DNA of 64,000 nucleotides from sequence record DRR378314_1792; one strand, 5' to 3'. Shown piece by piece: positions 31,851 to 40,126 of this stretch (position 1 is its first letter; each line of letters starts with the position of its first letter). The notes under the pieces were generated by a model. It saw only the letters and a program-made list of their open reading frames with translations, ran no database searches and was not told where the DNA came from. The position numbers and the translations under genes were made by a program.

Positions 31851-32240
31851 TCAGGAATCGAAGAGTTTTCCGCTTCTTTCCTTCATCCCCTTCATCTGGC
31901 GATCAAATTCTGCTTTTGATTTCGGATCCACTGGATCTTCAGACGGCTTGAGCTGTTCTCGCCGGATCATATAGGCTCTGAAAATCCGTTCAATAATCAG
32001 ACTGCAGAGGAAAAAGAAAATTGCTTTAACGGTGGTCAGGATCATCAGATCGGCTGCAAGTCCATAATCCTGAACAGAATGGCCTGTCCAAAAGTTAAAC
32101 GCCAATAGTGCCAGGAAACCACCGCCACCGAGCAAAATTGTAAGCGTCCGGGCGAACCCAACAGCCCACGGAATGAGAATCAGTGAAATAAAAACAACCG
32201 CGTTAAAGACCGATGCCCAAAGCTCTGGAGAAAAACTCAT
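31851..32240 (-). CDS. Hypothetical membrane protein (about 3 TM)
   Basis: Hydrophobic segments; ATGA overlap with the TetR gene. Confidence 0.7.
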   Translation of the reverse strand: MSFSPELWASVFNAVVFISLILIPWAVGFARTLTILLGGGGFLALLAFNFWTGHSVQDYGLAADLMILTTVKAIFFFLCSLIIERIFRAYMIRREQLKPSEDPVDPKSKAEFDRQMKGMKERSGKLFDS

Positions 32241-32830
32241 GCGGCCTGCTTTGATTTCAATGTTTCAAGGGCAACTTCAACCATTGGCCTTAACGCCGCT
32301 TCTTCCTGACGAATTTTCCCAAAAACACGAATTCCCTGAATAACGCCCATAAAAAATGAAGCCAGATCATCCGCGGAACGGGTATTGGTAATTTCACCCG
32401 CCGCCTGTCCCCGCGCAATCAGTTGCCGAAAATCATTTTCAATGCTGTCATAATAATCCCGGACTTTTTGCGCACATTGTTCGTCATGGGCTGAGCGCTC
32501 AACCGTCGTATTGGTGATAAAGCATCCCCGCTTTTCCGGGTCACCCAAAGTGCGGTACATGAAGGAAAACAGAAAGTCCCTCATGATCTGGACAGAGTCG
32601 CCTTCCTGGCGAAGCGCCGATCCACGGGTTAAAGAGGTTTCTGCGTATTGATCCAAAGCCGCCAGAAATAGCTGATGCTTATCGCCGAACGTGTCGTATA
32701 AACTTCCGCGGTTGATGCCCATACATTCAACGAGATCCTGAATGGATGTCGCTTCATAACCACGAGCCCAAAAAGCTCTCATCGCATTTTGCAGAGCTTC
32801 TTCCCGGTTAAAGCATTTCGCTCTCGGCAT
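32237..32830 (-). CDS. TetR/AcrR regulator (ComR/NemR-like)
   Basis: FWARGYEATSIQDL..MGINRGSLY..FGDK, RGCFITNT. Confidence 0.92.
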   Translation of the reverse strand: MPRAKCFNREEALQNAMRAFWARGYEATSIQDLVECMGINRGSLYDTFGDKHQLFLAALDQYAETSLTRGSALRQEGDSVQIMRDFLFSFMYRTLGDPEKRGCFITNTTVERSAHDEQCAQKVRDYYDSIENDFRQLIARGQAAGEITNTRSADDLASFFMGVIQGIRVFGKIRQEEAALRPMVEVALETLKSKQAA

Positions 32831-32846
32831 TTTAAAATCCTAGACT

Positions 32847-32869
32847 TGGTACAATACCAGATGGTTACA
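32847..32869. promoter_or_regulatory. Probable TetR auto-operator
   Basis: Overlapping palindromes TGGTA-caa-TACCA (32847-32859) and ACCA-ga-TGGT (32856-32865) just upstream of the TetR start. Confidence 0.45.
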
Positions 32870-32876
32870 TAAGCAA

Positions 32877-33737
32877 TTACAAACCTTCTGACAAGGCTTT
32901 CAAACCCTTTTTATAGGAAGGATAGATTAAGGAAACACCCAACTCTTCTTTTATCCGCGCATTGCTGATACGTTTATTGTCCGAATAAAAGCTGCGGGCC
33001 ATAGAGCTCATATCCGCTGTTTCAAAGTCCTGATAGGGCGGCGGCTCCACCCCCAGTAACTCTGCAGCGAACGTTACAACATCCTGCGGTGGGGCGGGCA
33101 TATCATCAGAAATATTATAGACCCGGCCAGGGTTTGGGTTTTCCATCGACGCTTTCAGGATATTTGCAATATCGGCCACATGGATACGCGAAAACATGTG
33201 ATCCTTCTTGACGATACGATGGGCTTTCCCCTTTTCAAGCGAAACCAGTTGATTGCGGCCAGGACCATAAATGCCGGGCAGTCTGAAAATATGAACTGGA
33301 AGATCGAAGTCTTCAAACAAATCCATCCATTGCTTTTCTGCCTCCACCCGTCGCTGCCCGCGAGGGCCACTTGGATTAAGGGGCGTATCCTCGGTCGCCA
33401 TCCCGCCGGAAAGATCCCCATATACGCCTGTTGTTGACAGGTAACCGACCCACTTTAAATGAGTAAATCCGCCAAGCCTGTCTTTCAATATGTTATAGGC
33501 TGGGTCCCCGTCCGCTGATGGGGGAATGGACAGCAGGATATGAGATATTTTGTCTTGAATACCTGCCAGTTCATCGAAAGGCGAACACCCGTCAAAGAAA
33601 AGCGGATGAGCCTGCGCGAATTCTGCTGAGATTTTATCGGGGGTCCTGGAGGTTCCCCAAATCCGCCAATCCGGATTTTGCCGGGCCAGCTCCTGGGCCG
33701 TAAACCCAAAACCGAAACAGAGCAATCCATCCACCAT
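32877..33737 (-). CDS. Atypical SDR / NAD-dependent epimerase-dehydratase
   Basis: CFGFGFTA, YLSTTGVYGD, FRLPGIYGPGR, FSRIHV. Confidence 0.88.
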   Translation of the reverse strand: MVDGLLCFGFGFTAQELARQNPDWRIWGTSRTPDKISAEFAQAHPLFFDGCSPFDELAGIQDKISHILLSIPPSADGDPAYNILKDRLGGFTHLKWVGYLSTTGVYGDLSGGMATEDTPLNPSGPRGQRRVEAEKQWMDLFEDFDLPVHIFRLPGIYGPGRNQLVSLEKGKAHRIVKKDHMFSRIHVADIANILKASMENPNPGRVYNISDDMPAPPQDVVTFAAELLGVEPPPYQDFETADMSSMARSFYSDNKRISNARIKEELGVSLIYPSYKKGLKALSEGL

Positions 33738-33753
33738 TCAAATGATCTCCAAC

Positions 33754-34467
33754 CTATTTAAGAGGAACAAGTCGCCCAAGTGTGACGGTGGCCTGCACTG
33801 CGTATTTGCGGGACACAGGCATCTTGGCGCCACCAGAGGCACCGCCGCCGCCACTTTCCATGCTGGACGACAGTCGCTGAACCGCCATGTCTTTCTGCAT
33901 GGGAACAGCCTGCGAGCTGTAGTTGGGCATGAAGTTGACCACCTCTACCCGGTAGGAACTGCCACCAAGTGCCGCCGACAACCGTTCGGCTTCTTTTTTG
34001 GCTTGCGCATAAATCTTTGCCCGCAGATCCGACTGCAATGTGTTTGTCTCTGCCAAAGACGGAGAGAAATTCACATAATTCACCGTTACCCGAAATCCAG
34101 GACGGCTCAGATCTTCGGCCTTGTCATGCAGTCCTGAAATTACACCCTCTTTCAAGCGCGCATTGGCAGAAATAGACCAACGGTTCAGGCCCGTTTGATC
34201 TTTGCTCTCGCGAGAGTTGGTGACATGCCATGTCGCATCCGTATCCAGCCCGTCCAATGCTTTGAGAACTTCTGTCTTTAAAGCATCGGCTGTTTCGTTT
34301 TGCTGAACGATGCTGAAAGAAACTGTCACATCTGCTGTCTCGGTTGTCACCCAGCCTTCTTCTGAGAGCGATAAAATTACCTGATCGCTAATTGGCCGAA
34401 CTTCGTCAGCTGCTGCGAAGTTCGTCATGACAAGAAGGGCGGCGCCACCAGTTAGGAAACGGTTCAT
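33754..34467 (-). CDS. SIMPL (DUF541)-like periplasmic protein
   Basis: Signal peptide ending AAA-D, strand LSLSEEGWV, LRAKIYAQAKKEAERL, terminal V.ATVTL. Confidence 0.7.
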   Translation of the reverse strand: MNRFLTGGAALLVMTNFAAADEVRPISDQVILSLSEEGWVTTETADVTVSFSIVQQNETADALKTEVLKALDGLDTDATWHVTNSRESKDQTGLNRWSISANARLKEGVISGLHDKAEDLSRPGFRVTVNYVNFSPSLAETNTLQSDLRAKIYAQAKKEAERLSAALGGSSYRVEVVNFMPNYSSQAVPMQKDMAVQRLSSSMESGGGGASGGAKMPVSRKYAVQATVTLGRLVPLK

Positions 34468-34540
34468 GTTTAGTCCTTTCAAATGCTGTATTTTTCAGCA
34501 TTTAAGAGCGAAATGAGACTGATTTATGGCATATCGATCC

Positions 34541-37500
34541 TTAGCTGTCACCAGAAGTCCCAGAACTCTCCTTGTCTGTGTCCTCGTCAGTGTCTTCTTC
34601 GCGGCTGTCTTCTCCGCTGACGCCAGGCTGGTGGGGATCATCTTCAAGCTCAATAATCACACCGCCCACGTCGCCCTCATCCTCTGGCGCTGATTGTTCA
34701 GCGAACCATGGGATGAATGCACCCTCTCGTTGCGAGCGAGGTAGAAAAAAATTGTCCCAAAACCGGCCCGGCATTAGCACCGGCAGCAAACCCCAGAATA
34801 TATTTGGCTGGGCCATCATAAGTCCTAGAAACGCTTCCCCCAGGAAAAAAGCCCGCTTAAACCGGATAGATTCGCCAGCATTTGCCCCATAAACTACTGA
34901 AGTCACGAAAATATCCAATACCTGCCACATATAATAGGATGTCCAGGCGAGCGCGACACCAGTTCCATATTGATGGCTAAGGTCCCGGTTTCGAAAAGGC
35001 GTGACCATGACCCTTGCGCCGATCAGATTGCTTAAAGCGACGGCAACGGGCGTTGAAGTTCCGCCGCGCACCAGGTTCTTCTTATAAAATTCGTTGGAAC
35101 AGGAAAAGAGATGATAAGGGTGATTGCAACCAGGGACCCCGATAAATGCCAATAATGGGCCGAGATAGGTCACTGCAACGGCCGTTGCAATCATGATCCT
35201 GTGACCCACCACCGCCCAGGTCGGATAATAAGAAGCCATTGGATTGTCCGGCTCGTTCGCCATTCGGCGGTTGAAGACATGAAATGCCCCGGTTAGACCG
35301 ACAGTTGTCCCGAACCAAATGCCAATTCCCAATGTCCACCGAAAAGCTTCATCAATCTCATATCCGAAGATCAAGAAGTAAGCGGGTAGGAAACACAGAA
35401 AACTGGATAACACCACTGTAATCGTCAGCCCAAGTTCGTTCAGACTGCGGCCATAGTTATCCCGAAGTCGCTGCCGCAGGTTCGGGTATGGACACATCCC
35501 GTTATCATCAACAAAATTAATGGGATCCGCCGGATAGGCATAAAGGTCCAGACCAACACGCAAGGGATCAGGCGATAAGAATTTCTGCACCGCCGGACAA
35601 TAGGTTCGCGCACCTGCAGAATATAGGTTTAACAGCGGTTGGTAGATCATACCGGCATACACACAGTCAAAACTGATCTGGCCTGTGGTTCTTACCAGGT
35701 CAATCTCTCCAAACGGTGTATGTTCGACGCGGCAGAGTTGATTGCCGCCCTCATCCGTTGCCAGTACGGTGCTGCCTTGAAAATTCGAATGCAAATAGAC
35801 AATACCGTCTGTCCGGGGTGTGAACTGAAGGGTGTTGGATACTGCTAAAATGGGTTTTGACGGCAGGGTTGAAGTGTTCGCGGCCCGCTCTTTAGTCAAT
35901 TCTGCGACGACCCCAAAACCACCCGGCACTTTGATGGTGCCCATTTCCGAGCCATCCGGATAGCGCGTAATCTGAAAATCGTGATCAACGTGAATTTCAT
36001 CAAAAATATCAGTTCCCATTCGCCGAATAAGTTGGCCGCGCAAATCATATTCATTCTGAATTTCTATTATGCTGTCGCTGGTTTTTTTTTGGCACCTGGA
36101 CAGGTGTCCAAAATCGGAGTGGGCCATTTCGTACGCCGCCTTACCCACACGAAGCTGTGTGCAATACCCCCCTTTATCCACCAGCATGTGTGACGGCGTG
36201 TCAACAGGATCGACCGCATTGGTTTGCAACCGCCCGAACCGGTCATATTCAAAATGATCTGAGATATCGGCAAAGCCGTCCCCACTTACCTGCAGCCGGC
36301 TTAATTGACCGGGCATGTCAGGTGAATAAAGATATTGGCCGTCATAATGCATCGCCTGCTGGCCCGGTTTTTGCCGAAAGATCTGATGTGATCGGGGCTG
36401 TCCCCGTTCATCCTGTTTTCGATACTCAACAATCCCGTTCCCATAGGTCGTTCGAACTGGAATTCCCCGGCTATCATGCCCCTCCAGCCGAACGAGTGGC
36501 TTTTTTTCGGTTAGATCGGTGGCAGTTCTGAGAAACCCCCGCCCATCATATTCAAAACCAATTTTCCGCCCATCAGGATAGGTTCGCATTTTCACCTGAC
36601 CATTGGACCATAAATCGGTCTTAAGCAGAAACTCATCACCCTGCTTCTCATGGATTAACTGACGCTCCAGCACGTGCCCCGTTAAATCCGTTGTCTCCGT
36701 AATTTGCCAACCCTCTGGGGATGTCATTTTGGTCCGGCAGGTTCCTGCTTTCGGGTCTTCCCTATAGTTAAAATAATGGGACAGGGATTTGCCCTTTTGA
36801 TCCAGGCTTTTTCTGCAGGTAATACGGCCCAACCAGTCGTAATGATAAGTCTCCGTCGTCTCGTTGTGTCTGTAAAAATTCAGCCGCAGATCACTGCCGA
36901 TTACCTTATTGATCTTGCCAATAACCGGATTGGTTTCCGAAATACAGTTTCCTAAAAAATCCCATTCATACCAAGTTTGACTACCATTGCGATCTGTCTT
37001 TTGGAGCAACCTACCCAACAGGTCATAAGTCTCGACGGTCGATCCTTTATCAAATTGCTGCCGCGTTTTCAAAACACCTGTGGCCGAGAGGGTCCGGATT
37101 GTTGTCTGATGCGCTATTCCTTTGACGTTTTTACGTTGCTCCGTCACGGTGAGAGCTACCTTATCTGCCGTGCCGTATGTCATTTCTGTCGTTGATCCAT
37201 CTGGCGACTGGACCCGCTTCTCCAATCCCAGTTTGGTATACTGAATTTCTTGCCATTGAAGTCGTTTTACTTTCAGATGTTTCAATTTCCCGGTCAACTC
37301 AGAGAGCCTGCTTTTCAGCTCAAACGGCATGGATTGTGCTGCAGTGGAATTGGCGCTGTCGTAGCGCAAAATGACAAGTTGCCAATAATTTGGCGCAATC
37401 TCGAGACCTTTTAACAGGGGTCGGGACCAATGATCCTGAAACTCCACTGACCGCAAACGCTCATGCTGATTACCAACCGGTTGGGTGATCACCTGGACCA

Positions 37501-39202
37501 ACGCCCCTGACAACCGATCCTTAAATTTTTCGAAATTTCGCGTAACTTTAGCTCTTGGCCCCTGCTGCTCTGTAATCGCCAGTGTCACACCAAACGGATC
37601 ATACAGCGTTTCCGTTCGAAGCCCCAAACCGCTTGTCTCCTTCAGACACTGGCCACAAAACGGGTCATGATCATAGTGATCTACTAAAGTCGATTTGCCA
37701 TCTGATGACGACAGTGTTTTAGCCTTTAACCACCCATAATCATCATACTGATAGTGGATTAATTGGCCGGTAACAGAGACATTCTTGTCAATCAAACCCC
37801 AGCTATTCAGATAGGTGATTTCCGGGTTAGAAAACCGGTCCTTATCCAGTTGAACTTGTGAAATGGTTTTCAATAATCTGCCAGTTACTGGCTCAAACTC
37901 CTGGCTGAAGTGGCGGGCTGACAGCAAATTGTGCGAATTCAAAACTGGTGATTTTGAAATGTCATACTGTTTTTCCGACACAACATAAGCAACACCCTGA
38001 TGCATTTGGTAGCGATGCTGAACAACCAGACTTCCTTCGCGGAGCTCATTTTGGTTTCCATACGCGTCATACCCATATTCGACATAAATTTTTGGCAGCG
38101 CTGATCCATCGTCCAGCCAGGAAGAGGTTTCGATTGATGCAATGACCGGTTCAGCCAGGATCTCATGCCACTCATACTCAAACACTGTTTTTTTATGAGC
38201 CTGAAAAACCCCTGTTTTTGAATTTTGATGACCGCTTCTAAACTCACGGAGGTAACCGGCAAATTCATCTTCCGTTTCATAGATCCATTCCTCAATCAAC
38301 TGTCCATCCGCCGCCTGAATGGACAGTTTTTCAAAATATGGCTTGCCCAGCCAATCTTTCATTTGATGGTTCGAAATGACCCGAAATTTTACCTCAACCG
38401 GCTTTCTTGTAAGAGTGGTTTCCAGATCTGAAAAGACGTCTACACACACACTATCCGCCCGGTAGTCGATCTGTGTCTCGGTTCCAAGTGAGGTTCGAAT
38501 AGTTTGCAGAAGTTGCTTTGCTTTTGACTGATATTCAAATGAATGGAGGGGCATTTCATCAACCTCCGATCCCTGAAGGGCAAATCTGATAACCTCAGCA
38601 ATCTGATCGTTTTGGTACCGAAGCTGATATCCGCCCTGAAGATGACCTTCAAAATGAAATTCGATATCTGTGAGAAAATTTGTAGCGCCGTGATACTGAA
38701 ATTTTATCATCCAGGGCGTGAAATCCCTCCGCCCATAAAGAATATGATCAACAAGACCGTCTTCCCGATAGGCATACCTGATTTGATTGCCCCAGAGATC
38801 CGAAACCAGCTTCAAGGGATAGTAGGGTGATTTCGAAATACCGCTTCCACCATACTCAGACTTTCGGCCCAACTGGTCTTTAATGATCAAACCATTCTTG
38901 CCATTCACGGTCGCAGATTGAATCCGGCCATCCAGGGTAACATCACCGGTTGCCAGTTTTTTAAGCCCGTCCATACCCCTGATCGTCCAGCCATAAGGAA
39001 GTTTGACGACCTCGCTTGCACTGCCCCCACTTTGATATTCAAGAGACAGGCTAGGGCGGAGGCCGTTAATTCCGCCCAAAACCTGGAATGGAATTCGAAA
39101 ATGAGCCTCTGCAGTTCGTTTATTGACGTAAAAGCCACGGGCCGGCTCTGACAGATATCTTGATGTCTCTTTGATTTGCAGATTTTTGGCTTGTTCACTC
39201 AT
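34541..39202 (-). CDS. SpvB-like/YD-repeat/RHS-core protein with hydrophobic C-terminal extension
   Basis: N-terminal FRIPFQVLGGINGLRPSLSLEYQS..YGW (SpvB/TcB-like). YD repeats (YDAYGN, YDDYGW, YDPFGV, YDLLGR, YDWLGR, YDRFGR). Core HSNFQGS...TPFGE...GARTY...FLSPDP...PINFVDDNG. SD AGGAG before ATG 39202; ORF open to 39271. Confidence 0.9.
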   Translation of the reverse strand: MSEQAKNLQIKETSRYLSEPARGFYVNKRTAEAHFRIPFQVLGGINGLRPSLSLEYQSGGSASEVVKLPYGWTIRGMDGLKKLATGDVTLDGRIQSATVNGKNGLIIKDQLGRKSEYGGSGISKSPYYPLKLVSDLWGNQIRYAYREDGLVDHILYGRRDFTPWMIKFQYHGATNFLTDIEFHFEGHLQGGYQLRYQNDQIAEVIRFALQGSEVDEMPLHSFEYQSKAKQLLQTIRTSLGTETQIDYRADSVCVDVFSDLETTLTRKPVEVKFRVISNHQMKDWLGKPYFEKLSIQAADGQLIEEWIYETEDEFAGYLREFRSGHQNSKTGVFQAHKKTVFEYEWHEILAEPVIASIETSSWLDDGSALPKIYVEYGYDAYGNQNELREGSLVVQHRYQMHQGVAYVVSEKQYDISKSPVLNSHNLLSARHFSQEFEPVTGRLLKTISQVQLDKDRFSNPEITYLNSWGLIDKNVSVTGQLIHYQYDDYGWLKAKTLSSSDGKSTLVDHYDHDPFCGQCLKETSGLGLRTETLYDPFGVTLAITEQQGPRAKVTRNFEKFKDRLSGALVQVITQPVGNQHERLRSVEFQDHWSRPLLKGLEIAPNYWQLVILRYDSANSTAAQSMPFELKSRLSELTGKLKHLKVKRLQWQEIQYTKLGLEKRVQSPDGSTTEMTYGTADKVALTVTEQRKNVKGIAHQTTIRTLSATGVLKTRQQFDKGSTVETYDLLGRLLQKTDRNGSQTWYEWDFLGNCISETNPVIGKINKVIGSDLRLNFYRHNETTETYHYDWLGRITCRKSLDQKGKSLSHYFNYREDPKAGTCRTKMTSPEGWQITETTDLTGHVLERQLIHEKQGDEFLLKTDLWSNGQVKMRTYPDGRKIGFEYDGRGFLRTATDLTEKKPLVRLEGHDSRGIPVRTTYGNGIVEYRKQDERGQPRSHQIFRQKPGQQAMHYDGQYLYSPDMPGQLSRLQVSGDGFADISDHFEYDRFGRLQTNAVDPVDTPSHMLVDKGGYCTQLRVGKAAYEMAHSDFGHLSRCQKKTSDSIIEIQNEYDLRGQLIRRMGTDIFDEIHVDHDFQITRYPDGSEMGTIKVPGGFGVVAELTKERAANTSTLPSKPILAVSNTLQFTPRTDGIVYLHSNFQGSTVLATDEGGNQLCRVEHTPFGEIDLVRTTGQISFDCVYAGMIYQPLLNLYSAGARTYCPAVQKFLSPDPLRVGLDLYAYPADPINFVDDNGMCPYPNLRQRLRDNYGRSLNELGLTITVVLSSFLCFLPAYFLIFGYEIDEAFRWTLGIGIWFGTTVGLTGAFHVFNRRMANEPDNPMASYYPTWAVVGHRIMIATAVAVTYLGPLLAFIGVPGCNHPYHLFSCSNEFYKKNLVRGGTSTPVAVALSNLIGARVMVTPFRNRDLSHQYGTGVALAWTSYYMWQVLDIFVTSVVYGANAGESIRFKRAFFLGEAFLGLMMAQPNIFWGLLPVLMPGRFWDNFFLPRSQREGAFIPWFAEQSAPEDEGDVGGVIIELEDDPHQPGVSGEDSREEDTDEDTDKESSGTSGDS

Positions 39203-39338
39203 TTCACACGACTCCTTTTCGGTATTGGATTCAAACGAAGAAAGAGGCGTTGCGTGACATATTTGGGCCATTATGGACTGCTAGACATCTGTTCAGTCTC
39301 CTATATAACTCCAGCAATTCCTGAACTTCAGAAGGGAG

Positions 39339-40109
39339 ATGCGCTTGCCATTCTCTGCTGCTAACGTGATAAAATTTTTTGGGCTGGCTGCTGTTCTGCT
39401 GACCTTTAGCGGAACACCCACCCAAGCCCGAAGTGAAAATGACGAATACAAGGCCTGTCTGAAACTCACCAAGCGCGAGCCGGAAATGGCTTTTGAATCT
39501 GCTCTTAGCTGGCGCGACAAGGGCGGCGGTTTTCCAGCCCGGCACTGTGCCGCCCTCGCCCTATTGGAAATGGAAAAATATCACCTGGCGGCCGACCGCA
39601 TGGAACAGATAGCCCAAGACATGCATAAAGCCGGAAGTCCATTGGTAGTTGGCATGCTCAGTCAGGCAGCAAATAGTTGGCTGCTCGCAGAAAATCTTCA
39701 ACGCGCTCAAGCTGTTGCATCAGCAGCTCTCGCCATTGATCCTGGAAATGTTGAACTCTTGATTGATCGCGGCCGCATTCTGGCCGCTGCTGACAATTAC
39801 CAGGAAGCATTTGATGATCTGGACCTGGCCTTAAGACTGGATCCAACCCGCCCAGATGCGTTGGCATTTCGGGCTGCGGCGTGGCGTCATCTTGGGAACA
39901 ATGAAAGAGCCCTCGAAGATGTTAATCTGGCTCTGGATCTGCAACCCGATTTGATGGAAGCCCTGATTGAGCGGGGTATTCTCAATCGGCTGGAAGGCAA
40001 TATGGATGCCGCACGAGATGACTGGTTGCAAGTCCTGCAAATTTCCCCCCACAGCCCTGCTGGAGATGCGGCACGCAAGAATATCGAGAAGCTGGATTTA
40101 AATAAGTAA
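39339..40109 (+). CDS. Exported tetratricopeptide-repeat protein
   Basis: Signal peptide, GGFPARHCAA, repeated A..DL..AL.L.P TPR motifs. Confidence 0.85.
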   Translation: MRLPFSAANVIKFFGLAAVLLTFSGTPTQARSENDEYKACLKLTKREPEMAFESALSWRDKGGGFPARHCAALALLEMEKYHLAADRMEQIAQDMHKAGSPLVVGMLSQAANSWLLAENLQRAQAVASAALAIDPGNVELLIDRGRILAAADNYQEAFDDLDLALRLDPTRPDALAFRAAAWRHLGNNERALEDVNLALDLQPDLMEALIERGILNRLEGNMDAARDDWLQVLQISPHSPAGDAARKNIEKLDLNK

Positions 40110-40126
40110 TCAGTTGCCAGACCACC

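Noticed and set aside
34481-34503. AAATGCTG-N7-CAGCATTT palindrome at the Rhs/SIMPL junction as an insertion scar
   Set aside because: No matching repeat found at the other end of the Rhs gene. More likely a local hairpin or operator.
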